In this document: one piece after another, positions 9,560-19,019 of the stretch
Numbering within the stretch: the stretch's first letter is position 1
How the letters are laid out: every line of letters begins with the position of its first letter
Sequence record: LC494302.1
Direction: 5' to 3' (one strand)
Length of the DNA stretch: 64,000 nucleotides
Source of the DNA: Escherichia phage SP27
Program-made: the position numbers and the translations under genes
Notes under the pieces: model-generated
The model's database searches: none
The model's input: the letters and a program-made list of their open reading frames with translations, nothing else
What the model was told of the DNA's origin: nothing

Positions 9560-9939
9560 TGCGTCAAATGCACAAAGTAACCGAGCTAAACAAGCGTCTG
9601 GTTAAACAATCAATGTTCGAGGATAAAGAGTCTTATTATAACTTTAAACGTGCAGTAGAGGCTGCTATCCACATTCAGAAGCTTAAAGAACGTGGTTGTA
9701 TTATTCTGGAAAATGGTTCGGAAGTTGTAACGGATGACTTTAGTGTAGCGTTTGATGTTTCACCTGACGGGACGCTATCAATGCCCCGCTTAGGAACTGG
9801 AAACATGACTGTTTGGGTTGGCTTCACTATGGGGAATGTACCTGGTACTGTGTACGTAGATGATGCGGAATTGAAAGACAGTTTCAAAAACTTATCGTAC
9901 CTTGAACCACAATACGCACATGAAATGAATTTATTTTGA
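9559..9939 (+). CDS. hypothetical protein
   Basis: GGGAG before ATG 9559, start overlaps upstream stop. Confidence 0.5.
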   Translation: MRQMHKVTELNKRLVKQSMFEDKESYYNFKRAVEAAIHIQKLKERGCIILENGSEVVTDDFSVAFDVSPDGTLSMPRLGTGNMTVWVGFTMGNVPGTVYVDDAELKDSFKNLSYLEPQYAHEMNLF

Positions 9940-9940
9940 G

Positions 9941-9998
9941 TTGACAAACACATTCAGTACTGTATAATGTTTATCAAGGGGATGAACTTCTCATCCCC
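9941..9998 (+). promoter_or_regulatory. PeSL-type cassette (sigma70-like promoter + leader stem-loop)
   Basis: TTGACA-17-TATAAT then hairpin AGGGGATGAACTTCTCATCCCC before gene 10016. Confidence 0.6.
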
Positions 9999-10015
9999 AC
10001 AATCGAGGAATTGTC

Positions 10016-10570
10016 ATGATTACTTTTAAGAAAACTGCTAACCACATCCATGAAATCTACATTAACGGTCACAAAGCTGGCCTTCTTCGTTTACTCGCCC
10101 ATCACCCTGATGCTACCGTATCTGATAATGAACCTAAAGATTGGCGTGTCTTTTTCTTTGGAAAGTACAGTGATTTTCAAGTATCAAACCTGAAGAACAT
10201 TCGTTCAGTATGCACGTTAACTGAAATTAAAGAAAAGTTAGCACAAGCATTGAAAACTAATCCAGATGGTGTTCTTCCACCTGATAACTTTGTAGAGAAA
10301 GGTTATGCCTTAGCTCATTTCAAAGATGGTACTATTCAATCTATCAGTACTGAATATGAATATCATTGGACTGAGTACTTCACTTATGGTTCGAGTAATA
10401 CATTGATGGATTCACGTAGTAAATTGGAAGAAGTACTGACTCGTATGAATGAACGCGAGCGTCAGTTATATGACAAACCAGAAATGTGGAGTTCAACTTA
10501 CATTGACCGTATTGACTATGTTATTATGACTCCAATCTTTGACACTGCTTACTATGATTCTTTGAAATAA
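10016..10570 (+). CDS. hypothetical protein
   Basis: preceded by PeSL-like promoter+hairpin and GAGGA RBS; 184 aa. Confidence 0.6.
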   Translation: MITFKKTANHIHEIYINGHKAGLLRLLAHHPDATVSDNEPKDWRVFFFGKYSDFQVSNLKNIRSVCTLTEIKEKLAQALKTNPDGVLPPDNFVEKGYALAHFKDGTIQSISTEYEYHWTEYFTYGSSNTLMDSRSKLEEVLTRMNERERQLYDKPEMWSSTYIDRIDYVIMTPIFDTAYYDSLK

Positions 10571-10581
10571 GGATAACTTAT

Positions 10582-10758
10582 ATGAAACTACGTACTCGTA
10601 ATCGACTGATGGATGCACTGTACCATGAACAGCTTTCACTGAATGAAGTGAAGCGTCAGTTAATGTACACATATCAGTTTCCCGCTCGCATTGCAAAACA
10701 ACGTGCTAAAGAATTGCTGAAAGAAGCAATAGAGTACTGGGAATCTGATTCGTACTAA
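10582..10758 (+). CDS. hypothetical small protein (59 aa)
   Basis: AAGGA RBS; ORF MKLRTRNRLMDALYHEQ... fills an otherwise empty gap; below track cutoff. Confidence 0.4.
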   Translation: MKLRTRNRLMDALYHEQLSLNEVKRQLMYTYQFPARIAKQRAKELLKEAIEYWESDSY

Positions 10759-10797
10759 TATTACGTGATATGTCACGTTAATTAAGTGAGGCGATAA

Positions 10798-11049
10798 ATG
10801 AAAATATTATTAGTTCTAATACTACTAATAGTTTTACCATTTACTTTAGTATCCCCTGGACTTGCATGGAATGTATTTGTGTACTTAGTATGTACTATTG
10901 TAGTAAATGGTATCTTGTTCTTAGTTCTATTCATAAATGGAATAGGACACGGTGGAGGATGGACCAGTACTGCTGATATCGTACATAAAACCACTATGTC
11001 TTTATTTGTAATGTGGAATTTGTTCTGGACTTGGTTTGTGTTCTTCTAA
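10798..11049 (+). CDS. hypothetical membrane protein
   Basis: GAGG RBS; strongly hydrophobic 83 aa. Confidence 0.55.
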   Translation: MKILLVLILLIVLPFTLVSPGLAWNVFVYLVCTIVVNGILFLVLFINGIGHGGGWTSTADIVHKTTMSLFVMWNLFWTWFVFF

Positions 11050-11057
11050 TTAAAAAT

Positions 11058-11429
11058 ATGAATATAGATTTGAAAGGTGCAACCCGAACTGTTATCCTCA
11101 TTGGGGAATACGCTATCAAGATTCCAACCTTCAAAAGCTGGAAGTTATTCCTAACTGGAATGATAGCTAACCTCAATGAACGTTCATGGATGCAGTACTC
11201 CAATCGTAGTGATAGTGGTATCTGCCCTACTTTGTGGTCATCATGTACAGGACTAGTAACTGTACAGAAACGTTGTAAGCCAGTTCAACATAGGGGTTTA
11301 TTTTGGGTGGAGTTGTGTGCTTTAGCATTGAATTCAGAGTTAAGTACTGACTTCTTTTATTCAGATGCGAAGCCAGAAAACTTTGGTTATCTGAATGGTA
11401 AGTTAGTTAAACTTGATTATGGAGATTAA
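11058..11429 (+). CDS. minimal protein-kinase-like protein
   Basis: internal ATG 11058 of track ORF; YAIKIP lysine motif, catalytic-loop-like DAKPENFGY, KLVKLDYG (DFG-like). Confidence 0.4.
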   Translation: MNIDLKGATRTVILIGEYAIKIPTFKSWKLFLTGMIANLNERSWMQYSNRSDSGICPTLWSSCTGLVTVQKRCKPVQHRGLFWVELCALALNSELSTDFFYSDAKPENFGYLNGKLVKLDYGD

Positions 11430-11430
11430 G

Positions 11431-11700
11431 ATGTACGCACTGTATAATAAAGAAAAGAAACGATTTGCTAAGGTTGAAATTTCGATTGATACCTTTGATA
11501 TGTTGGAGTACTGTATTGTGACGGACCTATATGCTAACTTGTATTACGTTCTTGATGACGTATCAGTACTGCAACGATTGCTTGAGAATTCCAAAAGTCA
11601 ATGCCAGGGCATCCATGATGGTTCATCTTATGAAACACCTGAGTGTTCCTACGGCTATCTGGACGGGTATGAGATTGTGAAGTTGGGGATTGTTGAATAA
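11431..11700 (+). CDS. hypothetical protein
   Basis: GGAG RBS before ATG 11431. Confidence 0.5.
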   Translation: MYALYNKEKKRFAKVEISIDTFDMLEYCIVTDLYANLYYVLDDVSVLQRLLENSKSQCQGIHDGSSYETPECSYGYLDGYEIVKLGIVE

Positions 11701-11702
11701 AG

Positions 11703-11731
11703 AAAAGGGTTGACTACGGTCAGCCCTTTTT
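11703..11731 (+). terminator. terminator/promoter module upstream of denV
   Basis: AAAGGGTTGACTACGGTCAGCCCTTTTTGCTATAAT. Confidence 0.65.
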
Positions 11732-11767
11732 GCTATAATCATTTCATCGAAACGAGAGGATGAATAC

Positions 11768-12283
11768 ATGACACGCATTAACTTAGTACACGTTAAAGAA
11801 CTTGCTGACCAACATCTGATGGCTGAATATCGTGAACTCCCACGTGTATTTGGTGCTGTACAAAAACACGTTCAAGCACGTAAGCGTGTACGTGATTTCA
11901 AAATTAACAGTACTTATCTGTTAGGTTCAGGTCATGTGACATTCTTTTACGACAAGTTGCTGTACTTACAGAAGCGTCATATCGATATTGTTAACGAATG
12001 TTTGCGTCGTGGTATGAAGATTCAAAACACTGAAGTAAACGACATTAGCGGCTTCCCTGCTGAGTTTTGTAATGACTACGTACCAACGGAGTCAGAGATT
12101 AAAATGTCTCGTGATCGTTTGATTGAGAAGCTCCAGATGAAGCCTACGTGGTATAAGTTTACTGATGTTGAATGTCCACAGTACGTTAAAGATATGCAGA
12201 ACGTAAGTAGTAAGAACGAATCTAGTACTGATATGTTCGACGAAATTGAAGAACAAATCAAAGATGAAATGAATAATTATTAA
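11768..12283 (+). CDS. denV: pyrimidine dimer DNA glycosylase / endonuclease V
   Basis: N-terminal 130 aa closely match T4 DenV as recalled ([45 protein letters not shown]); GAGG RBS; about 40 aa C-terminal extension. Confidence 0.9.
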   Translation: MTRINLVHVKELADQHLMAEYRELPRVFGAVQKHVQARKRVRDFKINSTYLLGSGHVTFFYDKLLYLQKRHIDIVNECLRRGMKIQNTEVNDISGFPAEFCNDYVPTESEIKMSRDRLIEKLQMKPTWYKFTDVECPQYVKDMQNVSSKNESSTDMFDEIEEQIKDEMNNY

Positions 12284-12321
12284 AGGAAAGGGTTGACTTC
12301 GGTTACACAAAGGAACATAAC

Positions 12322-12516
12322 ATGTTATTAGTATATTCAACGCGTTTCTGGATTTCTTTTATTGTACTATCGCTAATCGGCTTCGGTTTGAGTATACTCT
12401 TTTCGTGGGATGAATTGGGTACATGGTATTATGAAGTCCCGTGGTACATGAAGATAGCTCCTTGTTATGCGGCATTGTTCGTGTCATTCCTTATTGTTGT
12501 CTTCAGCGAGGATTAG
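12322..12516 (+). CDS. hypothetical small membrane protein
   Basis: AAGGAA RBS; two hydrophobic segments. Confidence 0.5.
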   Translation: MLLVYSTRFWISFIVLSLIGFGLSILFSWDELGTWYYEVPWYMKIAPCYAALFVSFLIVVFSED

Positions 12517-12567
12517 TTGATGTAGTATGTGCTACACCAAAGTATTTGGATATTTTAGATATAAACA

Positions 12568-12596
12568 TTGACACCTGTTATATCTTTCTGTATTAT
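12568..12596 (+). promoter_or_regulatory. sigma70-like promoter
   Basis: TTGACA-17-TATTAT upstream of 12623. Confidence 0.5.
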
Positions 12597-12622
12597 GTAC
12601 ATCACCAAATGAGGAATACAAC

Positions 12623-12982
12623 ATGGCATCTTTAAGTGAAATCGCAGAATACAACCCACTAACAATCTCAACAATTCAACGTACAAAAACTTTTTATTTC
12701 CGTCCTGCTGATGGATGGAAACGTGGAATGAATGGTGACTATCGAGTACTGGAAGATTCACTAATCGAGCGTATCAACTCTGAACTACAGAAGTATGAAG
12801 GTGTTAAAGTTGTGCGTTCAACTTCTCGTTATTTTGAGTACTACATTGAGTCTTCAACTGTAAATGAAAACTCATCATTATCGGTGGACAACACTGATAT
12901 TCTTCGTAATGCAGTTGGTATGTTATGCAACATTGCAGAAGAAATGGGATTAACTATTAGTACTATGAGTGAGTTGGAATAA
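12623..12982 (+). CDS. hypothetical protein
   Basis: TTGACA/TATTAT promoter upstream; GAGGA RBS; 119 aa. Confidence 0.55.
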   Translation: MASLSEIAEYNPLTISTIQRTKTFYFRPADGWKRGMNGDYRVLEDSLIERINSELQKYEGVKVVRSTSRYFEYYIESSTVNENSSLSVDNTDILRNAVGMLCNIAEEMGLTISTMSELE

Positions 12983-12985
12983 CAT

Positions 12986-13013
12986 AAAGGGTTGACTTCG
13001 GTCAGCCCTTTTT
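12986..13013 (+). terminator. terminator/promoter module
   Basis: AAGGGTTGACTTCGGTCAGCCCTTTTTGCTATAAT. Confidence 0.65.
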
Positions 13014-13049
13014 GCTATAATTATTTCATCAACTGAAGAGGGTAAAGAA

Positions 13050-13820
13050 ATGACCAGAGAAGCACGCAGCATTCAAATTCAGAAAAACTTCAACTCCATG
13101 ATGGTTGCTCTTGAGTGTTTGCTCGATGATAGCAGTACTGTAAAAAGTATGGTTGTCAGTGGTGCTCCTGGTGTTGGTAAGACTTACACCTTGTCCCAAC
13201 GTCTCCAGAAGGCTCATGACGCAGCAGAATGGAACGTAGCTACTATCAGTGGTAAGATGACTACACTGGCTCTGTACGAAGTTCTGTACAAGAATCGTCA
13301 CAGCACCAACGTGTTAGTACTGGATGATATGGACAGCATCTTTGATTCTGAAGACGGTATGAACCTGCTCAAAGCTGTTTTGGATAGTGGTAAGCGTACT
13401 GTATCTTATATGACTAGCTCTAAGTACTTGAGCACTAACGGCATTCCTAATAGCTTTGATTTTAATGGTCGCATCGTATTCATTACTAACAAAGATTTAG
13501 CGTTAGATGCTAAAGCTAAAACTAAAATGTCTGCTCATTATGCTGCTCTTATGTCTCGTTCTGTGTACGTGGATTTACAGATTCAGACTAAAAGTGATAT
13601 CATGATTCATATTGAAAATGTAATGACTAAGACTAATATCCTTGCATCTAAAGGTGTTAACAGTAACGGTAGTAAAGCAATTCTGAACTGGATGTTAAAA
13701 CATGAAGATAATCTTCGTGCACCATCCCTGCGTATGCCTTTGTTGATTTCAGCAGTATATAACAACAATCCGTATGATTGGGAAGAACAATGTGAAAACT
13801 TGTTCCTTGAGAAAATCTAA
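13050..13820 (+). CDS. P-loop NTPase (AAA-like ATPase)
   Basis: Walker A GAPGVGKT and Walker B-like VLVLDDMD; AGAGGG RBS. Confidence 0.6.
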   Translation: MTREARSIQIQKNFNSMMVALECLLDDSSTVKSMVVSGAPGVGKTYTLSQRLQKAHDAAEWNVATISGKMTTLALYEVLYKNRHSTNVLVLDDMDSIFDSEDGMNLLKAVLDSGKRTVSYMTSSKYLSTNGIPNSFDFNGRIVFITNKDLALDAKAKTKMSAHYAALMSRSVYVDLQIQTKSDIMIHIENVMTKTNILASKGVNSNGSKAILNWMLKHEDNLRAPSLRMPLLISAVYNNNPYDWEEQCENLFLEKI

Positions 13821-13829
13821 TTACATATG

Positions 13830-13858
13830 TTGACAGTACTACCATAGTGTAGTACTAT
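13830..13858 (+). promoter_or_regulatory. sigma70-like promoter with AGTACT palindrome in spacer
   Basis: TTGACA-17-TACTAT; AGTACTACCATAGTGTAGTACT inverted repeat; upstream of membrane array. Confidence 0.5.
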
Positions 13859-13887
13859 AACTTAATATTCACCACCGGAGATACGAT

Positions 13888-14229
13888 ATGCTTGAGTTTT
13901 TTAATTCAGATACAATGCTTGGTATCACGCTAATTTACATGTTTGTATTCTTGTTTTATCATTCAATTGTAATTAGTCTTTGGTATTTTAAAAGGAAAGT
14001 TGTTTTTAAATTGTATTCGTATGATAATGTACTCTTAGTAGTATATAGCATTATACAAGGTGGGTTTATTTTATTTGGTGTGATGACATATGTGATTTAC
14101 ATGTTACAAATTGATAATACACCACACATTACACAATATGTTGTGTTTTCAGGACTAATCGTCTGGTTATTGGTGTGTACTCTGTATTTTATTATTAAAG
14201 CTCGTGATAACTTTAAATGGGGATTCTAA
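13888..14229 (+). CDS. small multi-TM membrane protein (family M array)
   Basis: GGAG RBS; WYFKRK motif; first of 8 tandem small membrane genes. Confidence 0.6.
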   Translation: MLEFFNSDTMLGITLIYMFVFLFYHSIVISLWYFKRKVVFKLYSYDNVLLVVYSIIQGGFILFGVMTYVIYMLQIDNTPHITQYVVFSGLIVWLLVCTLYFIIKARDNFKWGF

Positions 14230-14567
14230 TGTTAGAATTTTTTAAATCAGATACAATGATTAGTATTACTTTGATTTATCTGTTTGGTTTTTTCTTTTAT
14301 CATGCACTAGTTGTAGTACTATGGTATTTTAAAAAGAAAATTGTTTTTAAACTGTATCCAGTGAGGAATTCATCACTAGTTCTTTACACACTTGTTCAAG
14401 GTTTGTTTGCAATTGTTGGTCTTATGGCACACTTAATTTATTGTGCCAATCCTCACTTGAACTCAATCTCACAATATATTGTATTCTTTGGGTTGTTCAT
14501 TTGGTTAGTTGTATACTTAATCCATCTCATTATTCATGGTAGAGATAAAATTCGCGGAGACTTCTAA
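14229..14567 (+). CDS. small multi-TM membrane protein (family M)
   Basis: ATG overlaps upstream TAA; near-duplicate N-terminus MLEFFKSDTM. Confidence 0.6.
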   Translation: MLEFFKSDTMISITLIYLFGFFFYHALVVVLWYFKKKIVFKLYPVRNSSLVLYTLVQGLFAIVGLMAHLIYCANPHLNSISQYIVFFGLFIWLVVYLIHLIIHGRDKIRGDF

Positions 14568-14914
14568 TGTTTGAAGCTTATCTTGAGTTTTTAAGGAGTA
14601 GTCCAGTTGCACATTCACTTGCAGGGATTATTCTAACAACTTATGTATCATTTTGGGTAGTTATGTTTCTAGGATGGTATTTTAAACGACAATTCTATAA
14701 ACGTAATGGTGAAGATTTTATGAATTCTGTCATTAATCAATCGTTGTTTGCATCAACATTGATTGCATGTATTGTAGCAACACTCACAGGAAAGGTACTA
14801 CCAGCTTTTTCCGCAGTTTACGGCACACTTGGGATGATATGTTTAACTTTTATATTGACCATTAAAATTTGTTGTGTTATGATTGAACTTCGAAATAAGA
14901 TACCGGAGGAATGA
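14567..14914 (+). CDS. small multi-TM membrane protein (family M)
   Basis: ATG overlaps upstream stop; WYFKRQ motif; C-terminal RNKIPEE. Confidence 0.6.
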   Translation: MFEAYLEFLRSSPVAHSLAGIILTTYVSFWVVMFLGWYFKRQFYKRNGEDFMNSVINQSLFASTLIACIVATLTGKVLPAFSAVYGTLGMICLTFILTIKICCVMIELRNKIPEE

Positions 14915-15249
14915 TGGAGTACTTTATTGATTTACTGCCGTGGTATATGAAAGTTAGTACCATGTACTATATTATTAGTGCTGGATTCTACTTTCTGATG
15001 TGGTTCTTTAAACGACCAATTTCAGTATTCATCGCTGATAACATGTTGCAATTAAAATTACACGCATGGTTTGGTATGGCGATGATTATGCCTATTATTC
15101 ACTACTCAATGATTAGTAGAGGTTTCCGTTCTAATGGTGAACCAATTGTATTAGTATTCTATTGGGGTTCAACTATTGCATATGTAAGTTTGTTGTTGTT
15201 CCCAGTCGTTCATAAGTTACGTGCTAAAGTTCCTGATGCGAGGTACTAA
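14911..15249 (+). CDS. small multi-TM membrane protein (family M)
   Basis: GGAGG RBS; ATGA overlap; C-terminal RAKVPDARY. Confidence 0.6.
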   Translation: MMEYFIDLLPWYMKVSTMYYIISAGFYFLMWFFKRPISVFIADNMLQLKLHAWFGMAMIMPIIHYSMISRGFRSNGEPIVLVFYWGSTIAYVSLLLFPVVHKLRAKVPDARY

Positions 15250-15563
15250 TGGATATAGTAACATTGATTTACACGTTGTATTCATTCTATTTCATTATGT
15301 GTTGGGTTGGATTTTTATTTGTACTCAAGATGTTTGATTATGTTGAAAAACAGATAAAAGAATTTTGTATTCCTTTTATCGGTTCAACCATTATTAGTGT
15401 TTCTTGTGTGTATTTTTTGGTTTTTGATCCACCAGATAACACTGCAATGATTGACTTGATGTTACTACCAACAACTGTTACTTTTTTATGTAGTCTGATG
15501 CCGCCGATTAGCCGTGGACTAACAGAATTTAGACGCAATCAAAAGCGTAAACGAGGGATGTAA
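15249..15563 (+). CDS. small membrane protein
   Basis: overlapping start/stop; hydrophobic; basic C-terminus. Confidence 0.55.
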   Translation: MDIVTLIYTLYSFYFIMCWVGFLFVLKMFDYVEKQIKEFCIPFIGSTIISVSCVYFLVFDPPDNTAMIDLMLLPTTVTFLCSLMPPISRGLTEFRRNQKRKRGM

Positions 15564-15931
15564 TGGAAATTGCTCTTATTATCTTAACTGCTATGCTGTT
15601 TATTAGTACTGTGGTTATAATTGGTAAATTCTTTTGTGTATCATTTTTAGAAACGGTATACGATGAAATTGCTGATGATTATGAATTACAAGCCGGATTT
15701 TTCATTACGTATTGGCTTAGTTTATTTTGTCTAGTCATTGCTTGGATTTTACATATCTTTAAATGGGGTATGGTAGACGGTGATCCTATTATGGCAATTA
15801 TTGTTCTAGTGTTTGGTATCCTTGGTGGTGCAGTGCATAATCTAATGGTTATCTGGCAAACTGTTCAATATGTTTTGGTTCCCTATTTCGAAAAGATGCA
15901 CAGTACAATTAAAAAACGTAAACGAGGTTAG
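15563..15931 (+). CDS. small membrane protein
   Basis: overlapping start/stop; hydrophobic; basic C-terminus KKRKRG. Confidence 0.55.
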   Translation: MEIALIILTAMLFISTVVIIGKFFCVSFLETVYDEIADDYELQAGFFITYWLSLFCLVIAWILHIFKWGMVDGDPIMAIIVLVFGILGGAVHNLMVIWQTVQYVLVPYFEKMHSTIKKRKRG

Positions 15932-15932
15932 T

Positions 15933-16295
15933 ATGAACGGGATAGAATTATCTTTCGTTGGTCAATTACTAGTAATGGCGTATACATTTATCTTCTCACT
16001 GAATGCATTCGTGTGCATTGGGAAGTACTTCCATAAGCGACCATTATCAAATATATATGATGTAATCCAAAAGAGATATAGTCCAGCATATACTGTGTTG
16101 GGTACAGTATTCAATTTTGGTTTTATTGTATTAATAATTGGACTGTTCACATCCTCTTTGAATACAATAACCTTCGGTCTTATGATATGTTCATTGGTAT
16201 TAGCCGTAATTATATGTTGTTTAGTACTGCACCTTGTGGTACTATTGTATATAAAGATCTCTGAAATCCACCAACGTTTGGGTATGAGGAAATAA
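15933..16295 (+). CDS. small membrane protein
   Basis: GAGG RBS before internal ATG 15933 of track ORF. Confidence 0.55.
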   Translation: MNGIELSFVGQLLVMAYTFIFSLNAFVCIGKYFHKRPLSNIYDVIQKRYSPAYTVLGTVFNFGFIVLIIGLFTSSLNTITFGLMICSLVLAVIICCLVLHLVVLLYIKISEIHQRLGMRK

Positions 16296-16296
16296 T

Positions 16297-16668
16297 ATGA
16301 GTTACCGTGAGATATTTTCCATTATTTCAATTATTATGTTCAGTACTGGAACACTGGTATGGTTATTATACTTCTTCTGTATTAATCCAGTGTATAATAT
16401 GTTATGTAATATTAAATCAAGTGCCGGATATATCACTTTTATGGTCTTTATGGGATATTATTGTCTAAGCATTTTAGGTGTTGTTTTGGTTGTTATATTT
16501 GATGTGGGACCAAATAGTGATGGTATGGAAATACATGAATTAATAACCATGTTTGGATGTATGATACCAACAGCACTACTGTTTGTAGCTACTGGTAGTG
16601 GATTGATAAAATTATATAATTATTTAAAATCCATTCATAATTCCATTCATAATAAGCGTATGTCATAA
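16297..16668 (+). CDS. small membrane protein
   Basis: AGGA RBS; hydrophobic 123 aa. Confidence 0.55.
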   Translation: MSYREIFSIISIIMFSTGTLVWLLYFFCINPVYNMLCNIKSSAGYITFMVFMGYYCLSILGVVLVVIFDVGPNSDGMEIHELITMFGCMIPTALLFVATGSGLIKLYNYLKSIHNSIHNKRMS

Positions 16669-16676
16669 TAAAAAAT

Positions 16677-16700
16677 CCAGTACTATTAAGTACTGGATGT
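16677..16700 (+). terminator. rho-independent terminator
   Basis: CCAGTACTATTAAGTACTGG hairpin. Confidence 0.5.
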
Positions 16701-16713
16701 ATAAGGAGTTATG

Positions 16714-17373
16714 ATGAAATCAAAATTAGGTTTGTTTTATAAAAACTATTTTGTTAAACAACGTAAATTTATAAAAAAATATTTCTCTGGCGAGAAGTCT
16801 AGTCCTATAATCTTTAAAAGACCAAGTTATAATACTTACTTAGCTGGTGCTAAACAGTCTAAGAAATTTATTACTCTTTTACATAAAAACAAAATTAAAG
16901 CTTCTTATGTTGAAACGAGAAGAAACTCATCAATAACTCCTGGTGATTTTATTGAGTACGGATGTTTCAATATTAAGTACAATGATAATACATACTTTAT
17001 GGATATTGATTGTAATACATCCAATCTTTTTAACATTGTAGTAAATCCATTAAAACAATATAATGTTTATGGTGATTCTATTATCAAATTAATCAAAAAC
17101 AAAGATAGCTTTGATTTTGAAATAAATGTTTTAGATGATAATTTTGACGAAGTACCAGTAAACCCTGAAATCTGTGATATTTTAAACAGTTTAAAAGGTA
17201 GTACCTACACTATATCATCTGATTTAATGTTTCAGTACTCATTAATCCATAAAGATATTGAAAAGTATATTGAATGCTCCAGAATTTTGAATTTTCTCTA
17301 TGATGAATTTAAAAAGAGTTCTAAAATAACTGCATACACTTTGTACAATATTCCTAAAATGGTGAATCTTTAA
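16714..17373 (+). CDS. hypothetical protein
   Basis: AAGGAG RBS; last + strand gene, 3' end overlaps the convergent - strand gene by about 20 nt. Confidence 0.55.
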   Translation: MKSKLGLFYKNYFVKQRKFIKKYFSGEKSSPIIFKRPSYNTYLAGAKQSKKFITLLHKNKIKASYVETRRNSSITPGDFIEYGCFNIKYNDNTYFMDIDCNTSNLFNIVVNPLKQYNVYGDSIIKLIKNKDSFDFEINVLDDNFDEVPVNPEICDILNSLKGSTYTISSDLMFQYSLIHKDIEKYIECSRILNFLYDEFKKSSKITAYTLYNIPKMVNL

Positions 17374-17777
17374 CAAATACAGTACTGGCAACTCCACCGT
17401 CTGTAATATATTGTCCAGTACTGTAAATTTGTATACCATCGGTTAAGTAAGTTCTGTATAAAGTTGCTGTAACATATACGTTATTCATATTCATCTCTAT
17501 TGGTAGTACACATTTGGTATAGGCCGACACATCTGTTTGTGTACCTATACCCAATTGACCTGCGTTATCGCCTGTGTTATTACCAGTTGCGTAAACACCC
17601 AATGAAGTTATAATATGATTAGAAAAATATGAATAACCCAAACTCTTGAGATTCTCTACTGTACAACGTACCATCTGACATAAGGGCAAAAACTGTTGTA
17701 TCAGATGAAGCTATTTTTGTTACAGAAGGTTGTATGTTCTGTTTTGATGATGTGATAATTCTTCGAAAGGGTAGCAT
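17354..17777 (-). pseudogene. truncated, frameshifted RCC1-family paralog
   Basis: MLPFRR start with GGAGG RBS at 17777 runs about 50 codons to a stop; RCC1-like C-terminal part (GQLGIGT) continues in another frame as track ORF 17354..17689. Confidence 0.35.
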
Positions 17778-17823
17778 TGTATCCTCCAAATGTAAATCGT
17801 TATTATATTTAGGACAAAAAAAT
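17778..17823 (-). promoter_or_regulatory. degenerate copy of array leader cassette
   Basis: partial match to conserved cassette upstream of truncated paralog. Confidence 0.35.
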
Positions 17824-17842
17824 GCCAGTACAAGGCACTGGC
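17824..17842 (-). terminator. array hairpin terminator (GCCAGTAC..GCACTGGC)
   Basis: hairpin followed on - strand by U-rich tract; approx coordinates. Confidence 0.55.
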
Positions 17843-17849
17843 ATAAAAT

Positions 17850-19019
17850 CTAAGCAGAAGGCATATCCTTCATCTTAATAAATGAAAATTGTGTACCAGT
17901 ATTTGTGGTTTGATCAGTAAAATATGAATTACTACCAGCCCAGTACAATTCATTATTAACTATACAATATATAACAGAACTCGAACTCTGTGAATACACA
18001 CGACTTATATTTGATGGTTCTACTCCAGTACTGAACTGAACCGAACCCAACTGTGAACTTGGTATCACATCAGTTGGTCTACCTAAACCATTAACACCAG
18101 CCCCACCACCACATGTATATACCCCAGTACTATCAGTTGATATATTAACATAACCATTTCCAGCATTTTCAAATAGTATTTCACTGGGAACAACACCAAA
18201 TCCTGTAAGATCTATTTTCCTGAATGTAGTATAAACCGTAGAACCGCCAACACCTCTTCCACCATAATCATTAGAACCAGCCATATAGATACTATATCCA
18301 GAACTTCCTAAACATAATAACTGTACGTTGTCATATAATATTTGCATAGATATAACGTTATCAGGAATACTCAATACCGTAAAAGTAGTTAAAGAAGAAC
18401 TTCCAATATTACTACCAACCGATGTTCCACATCTGTAGTACTTACCGCCCTTTATATAATGGAATGATGAACCACCTAATTTATGTGCTCCTATTGCACT
18501 TACCTCAGTATCTATGAGAATGGGAGATACAACTTTGTTATTAACACCTAACTCAGATCTACTGTTCATACCGAACCCATATAAACGACCATCTAACATC
18601 AATATTAGTGTACTACCTGATGTACCCGCTGATGTAAATTCTATATTCTTTATCTGTGACACGTCAATACCTACAAATAATGAAGTTACTTCAGTCCAGT
18701 TAACATATGAACCACTAGCCCCAAAATATCCACCCATGTATAGTCCGGCACAATATAACTTATTATCAACCGTCTTTATTAATGTACCGGATACACACGC
18801 CCAAAAATCATCAACTTCATAGGGTACATGTACCCAACCACCTAATACATCACTATCATTCCCTGTTCCTAATTTGTAGTTCGATCCAGAACCACGCATA
18901 TACATATTCCCTGTACTATAAAGTAATCCGACATGTAATTGACTACCATCCAATTTCTTTATTTCGGGAAGAGTTGGTTTAATATTTCCGTACTTTAACA
19001 TTCTTCCAAAAGGTAACAT
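17850..19019 (-). CDS. RCC1-repeat (beta-propeller-like) protein, family R
   Basis: true start MLPFGRM at 19019 with GGAGG RBS (track ORF extends into leader); RCC1-like motifs e.g. GSNDYGGRGVGG. Confidence 0.8.
   Translation of the reverse strand: MLPFGRMLKYGNIKPTLPEIKKLDGSQLHVGLLYSTGNMYMRGSGSNYKLGTGNDSDVLGGWVHVPYEVDDFWACVSGTLIKTVDNKLYCAGLYMGGYFGASGSYVNWTEVTSLFVGIDVSQIKNIEFTSAGTSGSTLILMLDGRLYGFGMNSRSELGVNNKVVSPILIDTEVSAIGAHKLGGSSFHYIKGGKYYRCGTSVGSNIGSSSLTTFTVLSIPDNVISMQILYDNVQLLCLGSSGYSIYMAGSNDYGGRGVGGSTVYTTFRKIDLTGFGVVPSEILFENAGNGYVNISTDSTGVYTCGGGAGVNGLGRPTDVIPSSQLGSVQFSTGVEPSNISRVYSQSSSSVIYCIVNNELYWAGSNSYFTDQTTNTGTQFSFIKMKDMPSA

Noticed and set aside
1-17000. Minus-strand ORFs overlapping the + strand genes (e.g. 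251..448, 2423..2764, 4672..4965, 5073..5315, 6600..7118, 9675..9953, 12092..12340, 13029..13301)
   Set aside because: They are antisense to better-supported genes that have RBS and operon-like spacing, and show no start signals of their own.
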